Shown: positions 46,449 to 54,924 of the stretch, one piece after another
How positions within the stretch are numbered: the stretch's first letter is position 1
How the letters are laid out: each line of letters opens with the position of its first letter
NCBI GenBank assembly: GCA_963783305.1
Contig: CAWAMW010000002.1
Span: 352,001 to 416,000, forward strand
Reading direction: 5' to 3'
Source of the DNA: an uncultured Gemmatimonadales bacterium
GTDB lineage: Bacteria > Gemmatimonadota > Gemmatimonadetes > Longimicrobiales > RSA9
Length of the DNA: 64,000 nt
Notes under the pieces: model-generated
Told to the model about the DNA's origin: nothing
What the model saw: only the letters and a program-made list of their open reading frames with translations
The model's database searches: none
Position numbers and translations under genes: made by a program

Positions 46449-47948
46449 ATGCGCGTCTGCCTCCTGACATACGACGATCGGGACCCCAAGCGCCCCGACC
46501 AGAGACCCGTTCCCGCCGACCCGCGGCCGTTCCTGCCCGACGCCGACTGGACGCGCGTGGAGCTGGAGAAGGCGACCGCGGCGAAGCGGCTGATCCAGCT
46601 GACCCGCGACGACTACGACCTCTTCTTCAACCTCTGTGACGGCGGCTGGGACAGCGAGGCGCCAGGCATCGAGGTCGTGGGCGCGCTGGAGCGGCTGCAC
46701 GTCCCGTTCACCGGCGCCGACTCCGTCTTCTACGATCCGTCACGGGAGGCCATGAAGCGGATCTGCTCGGCCTGGGGGATCGACACTCCCGGCTACGTCA
46801 TGGCCCGCCGTGAGGAGGACGTTGATCGCGCCGCCGACACCCTCGCGTTCCCCCTCATCGTCAAGCACCCGGCGAGCTACAGCAGCATCGGCCTCACCCG
46901 CGACTCGCGCGTCGAGAACGCGGCCGCACTCCGGGAGCAGGCGCGGCACACCATGGCCGAGCGAGGATCGGCGCTCATCGAGGAGTTCATCGAGGGCGGC
47001 GAGGCGACGGTCCTGGTCGCGGAGGATCCCGATGATCCCGCCACACCCGTCACGTACACGCCCATCGCGTACCGATTCCCGGAGGGCGAAAGCTTCAAGC
47101 ACTTCGACCTCAAGTGGCACGACTACCACGGGCTCAGTGCCGCGCCTGTGATGGACGCCATACTGTCGGATTCGCTACGGGACGCCTCCGCTCGACTCTT
47201 CACGGGGCTCCGCGGCGCCGGCTACGGTCGCTGCGACCTCCGGATCGATCGGGACGGTCGTCCGTTCATGCTGGAGATCAACCCGAACTGCGGAATCTAC
47301 TATCCCCCCTCCGACCCGGGCAGCGCCGACCTCTGCCTGCTCCACTCGGAGGACGGACACCGCGGCTTCACCCGGCGCGTGGTGGAGGCCGCGTTCCGAC
47401 GCCACCGTGACCGTGAGCGAGGATGGGAGGTGCGCCCCGTCGACGACGGCTATGGCGTGTTCGCCTGCCGCGCCTTCTCACCGGGTGACATCATCATGCG
47501 GTTCGAGGAGGAGCAGCACGTCCTGGTGAGCCGGTCGCGCGTGGAGGCCGCATGGGACGAGCGCCGCGCCGACTGGTTCCGCCGCTACGCCTGGCCGATC
47601 AGCGACGAGATATGGGTGACGTGGGATGAGGACCCGGAGAAGTGGCGCCCGATCAACCACTCCTGCGAGCCCACGGCGTGGCTCGAGGGCCTCGACGTGA
47701 CGGCCCGCACCGGCATCGCGACCGGGGACCCCATCACGCTCGATTACGCCACCTTCTACAACCACGTTATGCCCGATTTCGACTGCGCCTGCGGCGCCGA
47801 TCGCTGCCGGGGGGTCGTGCGGGGCACCGATTATCTCGGCACGGTCGTTGAACGGTACGGAGACCACGTGTCCGACTACGTTCGCCAGGCCCGCGCGGCC
47901 CGGCAGGCGGTCGGCGATCAGAAACGATCCCGTGGAGCGGCGCAATGA
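46449..47948 (+). CDS. D-Ala-D-Ala ligase-like ATP-grasp domain fused to a SET + post-SET methyltransferase domain
   Basis: VPFTGA, FPLIVKH, YSSIG, IEEFIEG, YGRCDLR, LEINPNCG; then GYGVFA, INHSCEP, ITLDY, CACGADRCRG. Confidence 0.88.
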   Translation: MRVCLLTYDDRDPKRPDQRPVPADPRPFLPDADWTRVELEKATAAKRLIQLTRDDYDLFFNLCDGGWDSEAPGIEVVGALERLHVPFTGADSVFYDPSREAMKRICSAWGIDTPGYVMARREEDVDRAADTLAFPLIVKHPASYSSIGLTRDSRVENAAALREQARHTMAERGSALIEEFIEGGEATVLVAEDPDDPATPVTYTPIAYRFPEGESFKHFDLKWHDYHGLSAAPVMDAILSDSLRDASARLFTGLRGAGYGRCDLRIDRDGRPFMLEINPNCGIYYPPSDPGSADLCLLHSEDGHRGFTRRVVEAAFRRHRDRERGWEVRPVDDGYGVFACRAFSPGDIIMRFEEEQHVLVSRSRVEAAWDERRADWFRRYAWPISDEIWVTWDEDPEKWRPINHSCEPTAWLEGLDVTARTGIATGDPITLDYATFYNHVMPDFDCACGADRCRGVVRGTDYLGTVVERYGDHVSDYVRQARAARQAVGDQKRSRGAAQ

Positions 47949-48265
47949 CCAATGTAGACATTACCGACGCACCTGAGCGGCAGCGGTTCGAGACGGAGGT
48001 CGATGGCGAGACCGCCGTCGTCGACTACCAGATCGATGGAGACCGCATTCGACTCACCCACACGAGTGTTCCGGCCCCTCTCGAGGGTCGCGGCATCGGC
48101 AGCGCGCTCGCGCGACACGCGCTCGACGACGCCGCGAACCGCGATCTGCGCGTCTGGCCGGAGTGTCCGTTCATCGCGTCATACATCAAGCGGCACCCCG
48201 AGTACCTGGACCTCGTGGATGACGAGTACCCGGGCCGCGATGAGCTGCGGTCCCAACCCGACTGA
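47945..48265 (+). CDS. GNAT family N-acetyltransferase (YjdJ/Acetyltransf_CG type)
   Basis: [33 protein letters not shown] overlap with the upstream gene. Confidence 0.9.
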   Translation: MTNVDITDAPERQRFETEVDGETAVVDYQIDGDRIRLTHTSVPAPLEGRGIGSALARHALDDAANRDLRVWPECPFIASYIKRHPEYLDLVDDEYPGRDELRSQPD

Positions 48266-48285
48266 TCACACACAGGAGAGACGGA

Positions 48286-48756
48286 ATGGCCAACCCGAAA
48301 GCGAACATCGAGACCAACCACGGAACCCTTCGCATCGAGCTGTTCGAGCAGCGCGCACCCGAGACGGTGAAGAACTTTATCGACCTGGCGGAGAAGGGGT
48401 TCTACGATGGCGTGATCTTTCACCGCGTCATCTCCGATTTCATGATCCAGGGCGGGGACCCGCAGGGGACGGGCACCGGGGGCCCGGGCTACACCATCGA
48501 TGACGAGTTCCACCCGGAGCTGCGTCATGACGAGGCCGGCGTGCTCTCAATGGCCAACGCCGGCCCCAACACCGGCGGATCCCAGTTCTTCATCACCCTC
48601 GCCCCTACGCCGTGGCTCGACAACCGCCACGCCGTCTTCGGAAAGGTCGTGGACGGCATGGACGTGGTGCGGGAGATCGGCTCCGTGGAGACAGCCCGGG
48701 GCGACCGGCCAAAGGAAGAGGTCCGCATGGAGAAGGTGACGATCGAACGGGAGTAA
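48286..48756 (+). CDS. Cyclophilin-type peptidyl-prolyl cis-trans isomerase
   Basis: [48 protein letters not shown]. Confidence 0.95.
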   Translation: MANPKANIETNHGTLRIELFEQRAPETVKNFIDLAEKGFYDGVIFHRVISDFMIQGGDPQGTGTGGPGYTIDDEFHPELRHDEAGVLSMANAGPNTGGSQFFITLAPTPWLDNRHAVFGKVVDGMDVVREIGSVETARGDRPKEEVRMEKVTIERE

Positions 48757-48771
48757 ACATCGGGGGCCTGA

Positions 48772-48966
48772 GGGTCTGCGGGGCTGCGGGGTCTTCGGGG
48801 GTCCGCGGGGTCCGCGGGGTCCGCGGGGTCTTCGGGGGTCTGCGGGTCTGCGGGTCTGCGGGTCTGCGGGTCTGCGGGTCTGCGGGTCTGCGGGTCTGCG
48901 GGTCTGCGGGTCTGCGGGGTCTTGCGGGGTCTTCGGGGGTCCGCGGGGTCTTCGGGGGTCCGCGGG
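48772..48966. repeat. G-rich tandem repeat: 10 perfect copies of GGGTCTGC flanked by 9-10 bp variants
   Basis: Perfect array at 48836-48915; flanking units GGGGTCCGC and GGGGTCTTCG. Confidence 0.95.
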
Positions 48967-49042
48967 CGAGCGGAGGGTTCCGCGCCCTCATTCGCTCCGC
49001 GAGGCGGTATTTCTGCCGCACGTGCAGAACCTCCCTCAATGT

Positions 49043-49176
49043 GGGTGAAAAAGCCCACACGCACTCTGCATGGCGCCCCGCGATAGGCCGTTTTACCGCT
49101 GTAGGGGTGAAAAACCCTCCATGCAATCCGCATTGGACCGCGCGGCAGACGGTTTTACCGCCGTATGGGTGAAAAA
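49043..49176. repeat. Degenerate 62-bp tandem repeat (about 2.2 units) with internal quasi-palindrome
   Basis: GGGTGAAAAA at 49043, 49105 and 49167; the intervening sequences are also similar to each other. Confidence 0.75.
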
Positions 49177-49209
49177 TGCCCTCATCCCGTGGCACCCCGG
49201 GGGCAGAGA

Positions 49210-49277
49210 GGTCCGCCACCGCAGCTGGGGTCCACCACCGCAGAGGGGTCCGCCACCGCAGCTGGGGTCCGCCGCCG
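49210..49277. repeat. Imperfect 18-19 bp tandem repeat, about 3.6 units
   Basis: GGTCCGCCACCGCAGCTGG / GGTCCACCACCGCAGAGG / GGTCCGCCACCGCAGCTGG / GGTCCGCCGCCG. Confidence 0.8.
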
Positions 49278-49291
49278 TTCAAGGAAAAGCG

Positions 49292-49326
49292 AAGGGGCGC
49301 CCGGCCGTCGGCCGGGCGCCCCTTTT
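49292..49326. terminator. Intrinsic terminator, probably bidirectional
   Basis: Perfect 15-bp stem AAGGGGCGCCCGGCC-GTC-GGCCGGGCGCCCCTT running into TTTT, with an A-tract upstream; lies between convergent operons. Confidence 0.8.
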
Positions 49327-49347
49327 CCACTGCGATCCCTCTGCGGA

Positions 49348-50604
49348 TCAGCCGTCGTCACCGCCGCCCGAGGGCCGCGGCTTCGCCTTCACCCGCGGGC
49401 TTGGCGCTGAGCTGGTCGACGGGGAAGCGCTGGCTCCCACGGCGGCGTTGCTCCCACCGGAGCTACTCGCGCCGGAGCCGTTCCTCGGAACCGCAACCGT
49501 ACCGCCGGACCCGGAGCCCGTGTAGCCGCGGCCCTTCACGAGCCGCCCTTGCCTGGCCTCCTCGATGGGCTGCACGATGATCACACCCGGTCCGTTGTAC
49601 CAGCCGGTGCCATACCACCCCCCCACGCCATACCCGCTGGCGTAGCCGTAGCGCGATCCGTATGGGTATCGACCGTAATAGAAGGGGTCGTAGTAGAATG
49701 GGTCGTAATACCAGGAGCCGAAGCGGTAGCGGTCCCAATCGTAACGGCGTCCGTCCATCCGCCCGTCCATCCGCTCGTCTATACGCCTGTCCCTTTCCAT
49801 GGCGCTATCGGGCTGGCGCGCCAGAGCGAAGCGCTCGGGGTAGCTCACCGCCACAGCCACGTCGATCACCTCGGGACTGACCCCCGCATCCGCCAGCCGG
49901 ACGAGCCGATCGGCGTCCAGACGGATCGGCTGACCCTGCTCGGCGATCCACGCCCGGACGGCCTCGGCGTCGGTTCGGGCGTGGGCGTCAATGATCTCCT
50001 CCACCGTCGGTGTCCGGGCGGCCGCGACACGGGCCGTCTCGATGGCCAGGCTCCGCTTCGCCATGACGTTGTCGATCTCGGCACGCTCCGCATCGGTCAG
50101 CACCGCCGTTTCCAGCCGGTGCGCCGGCGCCACACGGTACCGCTTTACCCAGGACGTGCTCCCGTTCCCGACCGTAAGGGCGCGGACGTCGATCCATTCA
50201 CGGGGGCTCACCATGGTGATGATCCCGCGCGTCGAGCGCGCGGTCCCCCCCTCACAGCTGAGCGTGGACCGCGTGTAGATCCGCGCCGCGCCCTGCGAGG
50301 TTTCCGCACTCTGCACACCGGTGCATCCGCCCGAGTCGAATGGCCGTTCCACGCCGTCGGCCCGCAGCAGCTGTCGCTCCACCACACCGGTGCTGGCCAC
50401 GGTCAGGATCTCGGCCCCGCCCTCCGCCGGCACCACGCACGTCAACGGCGCCTGGACCGGCGCTTCCGCGTCCGCCCAGCAGCCCATGAACGGAAGCCAT
50501 GGCACCGTGGACGTTGCCTGGGCCCGGAGCGTGGTCGGCAGCGCGAATCCAGCCGCCATCACCAGCGCCGCCCCGAGCACCGCTCCTGTCTCTCTGATCT
50601 TCAT
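49348..50604 (-). CDS. Hypothetical exported protein with Tyr/Gly-rich and Ser/Gly-rich C-terminus
   Basis: GAAGGAG SD; signal peptide ending LRAQ; four Cys in the N-terminal domain; YYDPFYYDPFYYGRYPYG. Confidence 0.75.
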   Translation of the reverse strand: MKIRETGAVLGAALVMAAGFALPTTLRAQATSTVPWLPFMGCWADAEAPVQAPLTCVVPAEGGAEILTVASTGVVERQLLRADGVERPFDSGGCTGVQSAETSQGAARIYTRSTLSCEGGTARSTRGIITMVSPREWIDVRALTVGNGSTSWVKRYRVAPAHRLETAVLTDAERAEIDNVMAKRSLAIETARVAAARTPTVEEIIDAHARTDAEAVRAWIAEQGQPIRLDADRLVRLADAGVSPEVIDVAVAVSYPERFALARQPDSAMERDRRIDERMDGRMDGRRYDWDRYRFGSWYYDPFYYDPFYYGRYPYGSRYGYASGYGVGGWYGTGWYNGPGVIIVQPIEEARQGRLVKGRGYTGSGSGGTVAVPRNGSGASSSGGSNAAVGASASPSTSSAPSPRVKAKPRPSGGGDDG

Positions 50605-50618
50605 GGTGTCTCCTTCTC

Positions 50619-51380
50619 TCAGATGCGGAGGCTCAGACCGATCACGACGTTCGACCCGGAAAGATCGATGGGGTCGAACCCCTCGAACGAGTTGGAATCG
50701 AGGCCAGCGCTCCCCCAAAGATAGCGATACTCCCCGCGCAGCACAGTGCGCGGCGTGAGCGTCACCTGCACTCCCGCGAGTCCCTGGGCGGTGAACCCGC
50801 TGCCGCTGGATTCGAGTCGCAGGTCCAGGATATCGCGGTCGTCGGGGTCGGCCCCGAGGGCCACGGCGAAGTCTCCATCCTGGATGAACTCGTAGCCCGA
50901 TACACCCAGCCCTGCGCCCAGGTACGGCGCCCAGCGATGGGGCACCCAGGCGAACCGGCTGATCTCGCGGCCCCGCGGCAGCAGGTAGTACTTCCCGCTG
51001 ACGAGCAGCCGGGTTCGTGAGAAGTCGGTGGTCTGCGTGATCTCCCGGTCATCCGGCCAGACCCAGCCGCGCATATTGGATGAGACCGACCGGGAGCTGT
51101 ACTCCAGGCTCACGGCCACGTCCGCCCGCTCCGTGACGCGCAAGGCTATCTCCCCCATGACCAGAGGCGCAGAGAAATCGCCCTCGGACACCGTGAGCTC
51201 CGACCGCGCTTCGTCGAACACGTCGCTCCCCTCGCCCGCAACGGACCACCCGCCGTAGAGCGTGAGCGTCAGATGGGGCTCGTCGAAGAGGAAGTCGGCC
51301 TGAGCCCTGGCGGGTGTCGCCAGAAGCAGGAGCGCACCCACGAGGAGCGCTCCTGCCGGGATGAACGCTGAAGGTCGCAT
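50619..51380 (-). CDS. Outer-membrane beta-barrel domain protein
   Basis: Signal peptide ending ARAQ; alternating beta strands (PYLGAGLG, GEYRYLW, VIGLSLRI). Confidence 0.7.
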   Translation of the reverse strand: MRPSAFIPAGALLVGALLLLATPARAQADFLFDEPHLTLTLYGGWSVAGEGSDVFDEARSELTVSEGDFSAPLVMGEIALRVTERADVAVSLEYSSRSVSSNMRGWVWPDDREITQTTDFSRTRLLVSGKYYLLPRGREISRFAWVPHRWAPYLGAGLGVSGYEFIQDGDFAVALGADPDDRDILDLRLESSGSGFTAQGLAGVQVTLTPRTVLRGEYRYLWGSAGLDSNSFEGFDPIDLSGSNVVIGLSLRI

Positions 51381-51417
51381 GGGTTCCTGCCTCCCTGGCT
51401 GGAGGGGTGTACGCTCT

Positions 51418-52155
51418 TTACTCGGTTGAGCCCACGGAGGTTCCAAGCGGGTCCACCAGCCCGTTCGCCAGCAGGAGGTCCTCATCCTCGAGGATCGAGC
51501 GGGTGGCGCCGTGCGCGGCGACCCGGCCGCCGCTGAGGACGAGGGCTCTGTCGCAGAGGACCCGGGCGACCTCCAGATCGTGCGTGGCCACCACGAGCGT
51601 TTCCCGCCGCCCCCGTAGCAACTCCACCACGCGCCGGCGGGCACGGGCGTCCAGACCCGCGGTGGGCTCGTCCAGGACCAGGAGCCCGGGCTCCATGACC
51701 AGCGCCGTGGCCAGCGACGCCAGGCGCTTCTCGCCGCCGGAGAGGTGGTGCGCGGCCCGATCGGCCGCCCCTGCCAGCCCCAGGCGCCCGAGGAGGGCTC
51801 GGGCGGTGTCTTCCGCGTTGCCCGGCGCGGCCCCGGCGTTGAGCGGCCCGAACGCCACGTCCTCCAGGAGGGTGGGGAGGAAGAGCTGGTCGTCGGGGTC
51901 CTGGAAGACCAGCCCGACCTGACGACGGACCTCCCGGAGTGTCTCCGGCGTCACCCTGGTATCGCCGACCGTGACGGTGCCGGCGTCGGGCAGGAGCAGC
52001 CCGTTCAGGTGGAGCAGCAGCGTGCTCTTCCCCGCCCCGTTGGCACCCAGCAGCGCCAACCGCTCGCCCGCCGGCACCTCGAAGGTGACGCCACGAAGGA
52101 CGGGCTTGCCCCCGGGATAGCCGTAGCCGAGCGCCTCCACCGCCAGCCGGATCAC
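51418..52155 (-). CDS. cbiO: ECF transporter ATPase (CbiO/NikO)
   Basis: GANGAGKS, FQDPDDQL, EDVAFGP, LSGGE, LDEPTAGLD. Confidence 0.88.
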   Translation of the reverse strand: MIRLAVEALGYGYPGGKPVLRGVTFEVPAGERLALLGANGAGKSTLLLHLNGLLLPDAGTVTVGDTRVTPETLREVRRQVGLVFQDPDDQLFLPTLLEDVAFGPLNAGAAPGNAEDTARALLGRLGLAGAADRAAHHLSGGEKRLASLATALVMEPGLLVLDEPTAGLDARARRRVVELLRGRRETLVVATHDLEVARVLCDRALVLSGGRVAAHGATRSILEDEDLLLANGLVDPLGTSVGSTE

Positions 52156-52913
52156 AACGCGGCGCTCCCGACAATGACAGCGACCAGCGCCGCCAGTCCT
52201 CCGAGCTCCAGGAGCGGTCGGCCGGCGTACTGCCGGCCGGCCAGCGCCGGCATCTCACCCATGTATCCGCGGCTCAGCATTGCCTGGTGCACACGCTCAC
52301 TGCGAGCGAAGCTGCGCTGGAGCGCGGCCGCCGCGATGCCCGCCATGAGCCGGCGCCGGGATGCCGAGCCCTCACCGGCGTTACGGCTTCGGGCCGCCCG
52401 CCTGAGCCGGGTCACCTCGTCGCTCAGGATGTAGAGGAATCGGTAGGCGAGGGCGAGGGACGTGGTGACAATGTCCGGGAGCCGGAGTCGTCGGAGCGCC
52501 CGGACGATCTCCGGGAAAGAGGTGGTGCTGACCAGCACCACGGCGGCCGCGAGGGCGATGGCGCCGCGGGCCGCGGCCGAGCCAAATCGCAGCACTCCGG
52601 CATCGGTGATCCGGACAGGGCCGATGCTGGCCACCGCGTTTCCGGGCGCAAGCACGAGCACGGCCGCGGATACGAGCGTGACGAACGCGAGCGGCGGAGC
52701 GAGTCGAGCGAGGAAGGGGCCGGGTCGAATCCGTGCTGCGGCCGCGAGGGAAAGGACGACTGCGCCCAGTGTGGCCAGCTGTAACCACGCCCCCATGGGG
52801 AGCAGCGCCGCGCCAAGCGCCAGCGTCACCGTCCCCAGCAGTCGAACCGTCGGGGAACGGCGCGTGATCGCCGAGTCCACCCCGGCAAACTCATCGAGGT
52901 GATGGAATCCCAC
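52152..52913 (-). CDS. cbiQ: ECF transporter T component (CbiQ/NikQ)
   Basis: YRFL, ARSR, RSERVHQAMLSRGY. GTG start at 52913. Confidence 0.87.
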   Translation of the reverse strand: MGFHHLDEFAGVDSAITRRSPTVRLLGTVTLALGAALLPMGAWLQLATLGAVVLSLAAAARIRPGPFLARLAPPLAFVTLVSAAVLVLAPGNAVASIGPVRITDAGVLRFGSAAARGAIALAAAVVLVSTTSFPEIVRALRRLRLPDIVTTSLALAYRFLYILSDEVTRLRRAARSRNAGEGSASRRRLMAGIAAAALQRSFARSERVHQAMLSRGYMGEMPALAGRQYAGRPLLELGGLAALVAVIVGSAAL

Positions 52914-52917
52914 CCGC

Positions 52918-53841
52918 TCAGTCCCTGGCGGCGGGGGCCGAACGGGTGCGGGCGGCGAGCCGCGCCAGCGCCCAGCCCACGCCGAACACCGTGGCCAGCC
53001 CGATGGCCGCGGCCAGCCAGGCGCCCGCCCCTGCCGTATAGCCGGCCAGAGGGGCGACATCCAGGGCGGCGCCCGGATGCAGTCCCAACGACTCGGAGGC
53101 CGACTCCAATGCGTCGGGCAGCGATGAGCCCCAGAGCAGGGCACCGGCGGCCACCATCACCGCCGCGGTGCCCGCCACTGCGGCCAGGCGCACGGGGTAC
53201 GCCGGCGCGCGGTCTCGTAACAGCGCTGGTCGCGACCGCAGCACGGCCGCCAGGATCCCCACCGTGAGGGCGGCCTCCACCCCCGCCACCAGCAGGTGGG
53301 CGCCACCCACGGCCAGGACGGCGGTGGCCGGCGGAAGGAGCCCGGAGAGGCCGAGCTCGAGTCCGGCGGCCACGCCCGTTCCCACGGTGGCCACGAAGGA
53401 CCCCACGCCGGCCGCGGCCAGCCGACCTTTCCGACCATCCCCGAGGAGGGCGAGCTGCCAGCGATAGACCAGGTAGCCCCCGCCCGCCCCGATCACCGCC
53501 AGGTTGAGGGTGTTGGCCCCCAGCGCGGCAATCCCGCCATCCTGGAAGAGGAGCGCCTGCACCAGCACGACGGAGAAGATGGCCAGCATCCCGGCCCATG
53601 GCCCGGCGATAACGGCCACCAGCACACCCCCCAGCAGGTGCGCGCTGGCCCCGGCGCCCAGCGGGAAGTTGAAGAGCTGCGCGGCGAAGACGAACGCAGT
53701 GAGCGCGCCCAGGAGCGGCGCCGTCCGGTCGTCGAGCTCCCGACGCGACCGACGCGCGGCCACCGCAAGCGCGACCGCGCTCAGCGCGGTCGCGCCCGCG
53801 ATGACCGGCGGGCTCAGGAATCCATCGGGGATATGGGCCAT
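52918..53841 (-). CDS. cbiM: ECF Co/Ni S component CbiM/NikM with C-terminal PDGLE-like region
   Basis: MAHIPDGFL, SAHLLGG, QALLFQDGG, GAN, PDALE. Confidence 0.88.
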   Translation of the reverse strand: MAHIPDGFLSPPVIAGATALSAVALAVAARRSRRELDDRTAPLLGALTAFVFAAQLFNFPLGAGASAHLLGGVLVAVIAGPWAGMLAIFSVVLVQALLFQDGGIAALGANTLNLAVIGAGGGYLVYRWQLALLGDGRKGRLAAAGVGSFVATVGTGVAAGLELGLSGLLPPATAVLAVGGAHLLVAGVEAALTVGILAAVLRSRPALLRDRAPAYPVRLAAVAGTAAVMVAAGALLWGSSLPDALESASESLGLHPGAALDVAPLAGYTAGAGAWLAAAIGLATVFGVGWALARLAARTRSAPAARD

Positions 53842-54055
53842 TGTATGCGCGGTGCGGGTCGTTCCCTGCAGGGCGGATGCATACGTAGTTAACGCGACCG
53901 GTCGCCCGTATCAAGCGGGAACACCCCCCGGCGCGCCGTGCGCCGCTCCGGGCGCAGAGAGGCAGAGCCCCATGCTGGCACATTGTTTCCATGCCGCACA
54001 CCACCCATTGTTCACCCTCCTTCCCTGACGGGGATCATACGAGCGCACGGGGATC

Positions 54056-54922
54056 GTGACCGACTTCACTGCGGAAGACCTGGTGGGGCTGCTGGAGCTG
54101 GAGCCCCTCGAGCACAACATCTATCGCGGACAGAACCGCGACATCGGGACCGGCCGCATATTCGGCGGACAGGTCCTCGCCCAGGCGGTGGTGGCGGCCG
54201 GACGCACGGTGGAGGACGCCCGGCCGATCCACAGCATGCACGGCTACTTCATCCTGCCGGGCGACCTGACCGCGCCGGTGGTCTATTTCGTGGACCGGCT
54301 CCGCGACGGCGGCAGCTTCGCCACCCGTCGCGTAACAGCGATCCAGCACGGACGCGCCATTTTCAACATGTCGGCGTCGTTCCACCGCGAGGAATCGGGC
54401 CCGGAGCACCAGATCCCCATGCCGGCCGTGCCGGGACCGGAAGGACTGAAGTCGGAGCTGGACCTCATCCGTGCCATGAGCGACCGGATCCCACCGAAGC
54501 TGCGACCCATCATGACGCAGGATCGGCCGCTGGACTTCCGCCCCGTGAACCCGGTGGACCCGTTCGACCCGGAGCCGCGGGAGCCGGTGCGGCACCTGTG
54601 GGTGCGCTCGCTGGGGAGCGTGGAGACGTCGCTGCAGCATCGGGCCGTGCTGGCCTACGCGTCCGATTACGGCCTGCTAGCGGCGGCGCTCCAGCCCCAC
54701 GGCATAACGTGGCGGCGAGACGACGTCATGGTGGCCTCCCTCGACCACTCCATCTGGTTCCACCGCGAGCCCAACGTCAACGAGTGGCTGCTGTACACGA
54801 TGGAGAGCCCCGTGACCGGCGGCGCCCGCGGGTTCGGCCGCGGCACGTTCTACGACCGGGAAGGTCGCCTCATCGCTTCCGTGGCGCAGGAAGGGCTCGT
54901 GCGGCCGGTGGCCGAGCGGTAA
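54056..54922 (+). CDS. tesB: Acyl-CoA thioesterase II
   Basis: IFGGQVLAQA, HSMHGYF, RDGGSF, LAYASDY, ASLDHSIWFH, AQEGL. Confidence 0.93.
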   Translation: MTDFTAEDLVGLLELEPLEHNIYRGQNRDIGTGRIFGGQVLAQAVVAAGRTVEDARPIHSMHGYFILPGDLTAPVVYFVDRLRDGGSFATRRVTAIQHGRAIFNMSASFHREESGPEHQIPMPAVPGPEGLKSELDLIRAMSDRIPPKLRPIMTQDRPLDFRPVNPVDPFDPEPREPVRHLWVRSLGSVETSLQHRAVLAYASDYGLLAAALQPHGITWRRDDVMVASLDHSIWFHREPNVNEWLLYTMESPVTGGARGFGRGTFYDREGRLIASVAQEGLVRPVAER

Positions 54923-54924
54923 GC

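Noticed and set aside
44168..46489. 773-aa extended version of the DUF885 ORF
   Set aside because: The extension overlaps the CDF remnant and the divergent promoter region; the signal peptide indicates a start near 45955-46054.
49025..49185. Possible CRISPR mini-array (about 30-bp hairpin repeat, 62-bp period)
   Set aside because: The would-be spacers are homologous to each other, the repeats are degenerate and there are no cas genes. It is better described as a tandem repeat.
48525..49330. ORFs with PADPQTRR / GLRVCGSA repeats
   Set aside because: Translation of the 8-bp DNA repeat, whose unit is not a multiple of three; no credible start signals.
53843..53884. NikR-like operator GTATGC...GCATAC upstream of cbiM
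   Set aside because: The half-sites are 30 nt apart rather than the usual 16 or so; it may be only a weak hairpin.
53976..53991. Sigma54-like TGGCACATTGTTTCCA upstream of tesB
   Set aside because: Lacks the conserved -12 GC (has CC).
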